DNA of 655 nucleotides from Escherichia coli (GTDB lineage Bacteria; Pseudomonadota; Gammaproteobacteria; Enterobacterales; Enterobacteriaceae): NCBI RefSeq assembly GCF_003334255.1, contig NZ_QOWU01000202.1; one strand, 5' to 3'. Shown piece by piece: positions 1 to 655 of this stretch (position 1 is its first letter; each line of letters starts with the position of its first letter). The notes under the pieces were generated by a model. It saw only the letters and a program-made list of their open reading frames with translations, ran no database searches and was not told where the DNA came from. The position numbers and the translations under genes were made by a program.

Positions 1-300
1 CGCCAGCGCGATGTTGCTGCGCTCGATGCAAAATACTCGAGGGAATTAGCCGATGCGAGAGCTGAAAATGAAACTCTGCGTGCTGATGTTGCTGCTGGTC
101 GTAAGCGCCTGCGGATCAACGCCACCTGCTCCGGTACCGTGCGTGAAGCCACCGGCACCTCCGGCATGGATAATGCAACCGGCCCCCGACTGGCAGACAC
201 CGCTGAACGGGATTATTTCACCCTCAGAGAGCGGTTGATGATGATGCAGAAGCAGCTGGAAGGGGCACAGGAATATATCCGCACTCAGTGCCTGAAATAA
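1..300 (+). CDS. Rz: Rz i-spanin (inner-membrane spanin subunit), 5'-truncated by the window edge. The C-terminal 99 residues are present, including the coiled-coil region and the two periplasmic Cys (NATCSG, TQCLK). The stop is TAA at 298..300.
   Basis: Frame 1 is open from position 1 to TAA at 298-300. The translation matches my recollection of lambda Rz, residues ~55-153. The best-matching stretches are QRDVAALDAKY.KELADA.AEN..LR.DVAAGR.RL.I, VREAT..SG.DNA..PRLADTAERDYFTLRERL..MQKQLEG.Q.YI..QC. It is absent from the ORF track only because it has no in-window start codon. Rz1 is embedded in the +1 frame, as in lambda. Confidence 0.9.
   Translation, partial: RQRDVAALDAKYSRELADARAENETLRADVAAGRKRLRINATCSGTVREATGTSGMDNATGPRLADTAERDYFTLRERLMMMQKQLEGAQEYIRTQCLK
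39..43 (+). promoter_or_regulatory. Shine-Dalgarno (GAGGG) for Rz1, 9 nt upstream of ATG 53 and lying inside Rz coding sequence.
   Basis: The purine-rich GAGGG is suitably spaced from ATG 53. This supports 53 as the Rz1 start rather than the in-frame ATG at 68. Confidence 0.5.
53..112 (+). other. Rz1 lipoprotein signal peptide plus lipobox. A signal peptidase II site lies before Cys20, whose codon is TGC at 110..112.
   Basis: The n-region carries K/R/E/K. The hydrophobic core is LCVLMLLLVV. The tetrad VSAC fits the lipobox consensus [LVI][ASTVI][GAS]C. Confidence 0.7.
53..238 (+). CDS. Rz1: Rz1 o-spanin, an outer-membrane lipoprotein of 61 aa, fully embedded in Rz in the +1 frame. The signal peptide is MRELKMKLCVLMLLLVVSA, the lipobox is V-S-A-C, and the lipidated Cys is residue 20. 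The mature domain is proline-rich: CGSTPPAPVPCVKPPAPPAWIMQPAPDWQTPLNGIISPSESG.
   Basis: This is the track ORF at 53..238. By eye it resembles lambda Rz1 as I recall it (MLKLKMMLCVMMLPLVVVGC....CVKPPPPPAWIMQPPPDWQTPLNGIISPSERG). Shared features are the lipobox, a Gly at +2 rather than Asp (implying Lol sorting to the outer membrane), a second Cys ~10 residues after the lipid Cys (the intermolecular-disulfide position in lambda), and the near-identical C-terminal motif. It lies in frame 2, which is +1 relative to Rz, and ends 62 nt before the Rz stop. Confidence 0.88.
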   Translation: MRELKMKLCVLMLLLVVSACGSTPPAPVPCVKPPAPPAWIMQPAPDWQTPLNGIISPSESG

Positions 301-328
301 GTTTTGCTGATGCGCCGTATCGTCGCAG

Positions 329-340
329 TATTCCCGCATT
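329..340 (+). repeat. Copy 1 of the direct repeat GTATTCCCGCAT.
   Basis: The 9-mer TTCCCGCAT occurs exactly at 331-339 and 444-452. With flanks the match is 12/13: gtaTTCCCGCAT versus gttTTCCCGCAT. Confidence 0.4.
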
Positions 341-441
341 AACAGAGACCTCAGCCAGACACTGGACCTCCTGCGCGAGTGTGTGGGGATAATCAAAAAC
401 GATGCACACCGGGCTTTCCACGTTTTCAGGTAACGTGAGCG

Positions 442-453
442 TTTTCCCGCATG
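442..453 (+). repeat. Copy 2 of the direct repeat GTTTTCCCGCAT.
   Basis: Same repeat as the 329-340 copy, 113 bp downstream of copy 1 in the non-coding spacer. Confidence 0.4.
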
Positions 454-524
454 GCCGCCTGTCCGGTGCGGTGGTGGAAGAAACCGGATAAAACAACCAT
501 ATTGTGTAAATATCAATCAAACAA

Positions 525-579
525 GACGCTGCTGTGTGAATTCTGAAAAATCACAGCGGTCATTATGCGTCAGTTTTTA
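525..579 (+). other. Nested inverted repeat. The outer arms are GACGC (525-529) and GCGTC (567-571). The inner arms are GCTGTG (531-536) and CACAGC (552-557), which contain TGTGA-N11-TCACA. A T5 run follows at 575-579. It could be a terminator- or attenuator-like structure or a dyad operator.
   Basis: The complementarity was found by eye. The inner stem has 6 Watson-Crick pairs, extendable with 2 G-U pairs, and a 15-nt AT-rich loop. The outer stem has 5 bp and a 9-nt asymmetric bulge. The T-run sits 3 nt after the outer stem. It is not a canonical intrinsic terminator: the loop is long, there is a bulge, and the T tract is short. Confidence 0.25.
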
Positions 580-581
580 AC

Positions 582-587
582 AGAGGA
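582..587 (+). promoter_or_regulatory. Shine-Dalgarno AGAGGA for the gene starting at 602.
   Basis: It is a near-consensus SD. The 14-nt spacing to ATG 602 is on the long side. A GTG at 597 would have ideal spacing, but its frame gives a less protein-like peptide. Confidence 0.4.
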
Positions 588-601
588 CGTCAGAAAGTGA
601 C

Positions 602-655
602 ATGGCAAAGCTGGACTGGAAAAAACTGGAGCAGGCATTCCGACGCGAACATGCC
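602..655 (+). CDS. N-terminus of the next gene (MAKLDWKKLEQAFRREHA...), 3'-truncated. Its function cannot be established from 18 residues. By position after the lysis cassette it may be the first packaging-module gene, such as a terminase small subunit or DNA-binding protein.
   Basis: ATG 602 is the first start codon after an in-frame TAA at 578-580. The strong SD AGAGGA at 582-587 lies 14 nt upstream. The codons look protein-like (charged, amphipathic) to the window edge. The gene is absent from the ORF track because it has no in-window stop. Confidence 0.5.
   Translation, partial: MAKLDWKKLEQAFRREHA

Noticed and set aside
68-70. Alternative Rz1 start at the in-frame ATG (Met6, MKLCVLM...)
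   Set aside because: ATG 53 has a better-placed SD (GAGGG, 9 nt upstream) and gives an n-region with positive charges, like lambda Rz1 (MLKLKMM...). The mature lipoprotein would be identical either way.
345-385. GACCTC...GGACCTCCTGCGCGAG as a lambda-like cosN (lambda cosN contains GGCGACCTCGCGGG)
   Set aside because: Only the GACCTC and GCG fragments are shared. There is no convincing two-fold symmetry or 12-nt match. The downstream gene is not Nu1-like, so a lambda-type cos is not expected. This cannot be assessed without comparison sequences.
46-516. 156-aa minus-strand ORF from the track (MIFTQYGCFIRFLPPPHRTGG...)
   Set aside because: It begins with TTG (plus-strand caa at 514-516) and has no SD. 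It runs antisense across almost the whole of Rz and Rz1, whose identities are strongly supported. The product is of low complexity, rich in R, S and H. It is most likely an open antisense frame resulting from GC-rich dual-coded sequence.
224-520. 98-aa minus-strand ORF from the track (MIDIYTIWLFYPVSS...), considered as a possible bor-like moron opposite Rz
   Set aside because: It has a TTG start, no internal Met, no lipoprotein signal, and no resemblance to lambda Bor (MKKMLLATALALLITGC...). Its 3' 77 nt overlap Rz antisense. Nothing supports it as a real gene.
451-546. 31-aa plus-strand ORF MAACPVRWWKKPDKTTILCKYQSNKTLLCEF in the spacer
   Set aside because: There is no Shine-Dalgarno upstream (gttttcccgcATG). 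It is short, has no recognisable motif, and its start lies inside the repeated TTCCCGCAT element. It is more parsimoniously non-coding.
535-555. TGTGA...TCACA half-sites as a CRP/FNR-type binding site
   Set aside because: The spacer between half-sites is 11 bp, not the 6 bp required for CRP (TGTGA-N6-TCACA). I keep it only as a generic dyad.

Overview
The window is the tail end of a lambda-type phage or prophage lysis cassette followed by a non-coding spacer and the start of the next gene. Positions 1..300 (+), frame 1, are the 3' end of the Rz inner-membrane spanin gene. The frame-1 translation is RQRDVAALDAKYSRELADARAENETLRADVAAGRKRLRINATCSGTVREATGTSGMDNATGPRLADTAERDYFTLRERLMMMQKQLEGAQEYIRTQCLK*. 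It is collinear with the C-terminal half of lambda Rz as I remember it. It does not appear in the supplied ORF track because its start lies upstream of the window. The Rz1 outer-membrane lipoprotein spanin gene (53..238, +) sits wholly inside it in the +1 frame and resembles lambda Rz1 as I recall it. A roughly 300-bp stretch (301..601) with no convincing ORF on either strand follows the Rz stop. Lambda carries the bor moron at this position. The stretch contains a 12/13-bp direct repeat, an AT-rich tract, and a nested inverted repeat followed by a T-run. A good Shine-Dalgarno then precedes an ATG at 602 that opens a new + strand gene (MAKLDWKKLEQAFRREHA...). By synteny this is probably the first gene of the packaging/head module. 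The two long minus-strand ORFs in the track (46..516 and 224..520) start with TTG and run antisense through Rz/Rz1, so I treat them as spurious. I see no evidence of a novel defence or accessory system in this window. The interesting material is the overlapping-gene architecture and the repeat-rich spacer upstream of the next module, which could hold packaging or regulatory sites.
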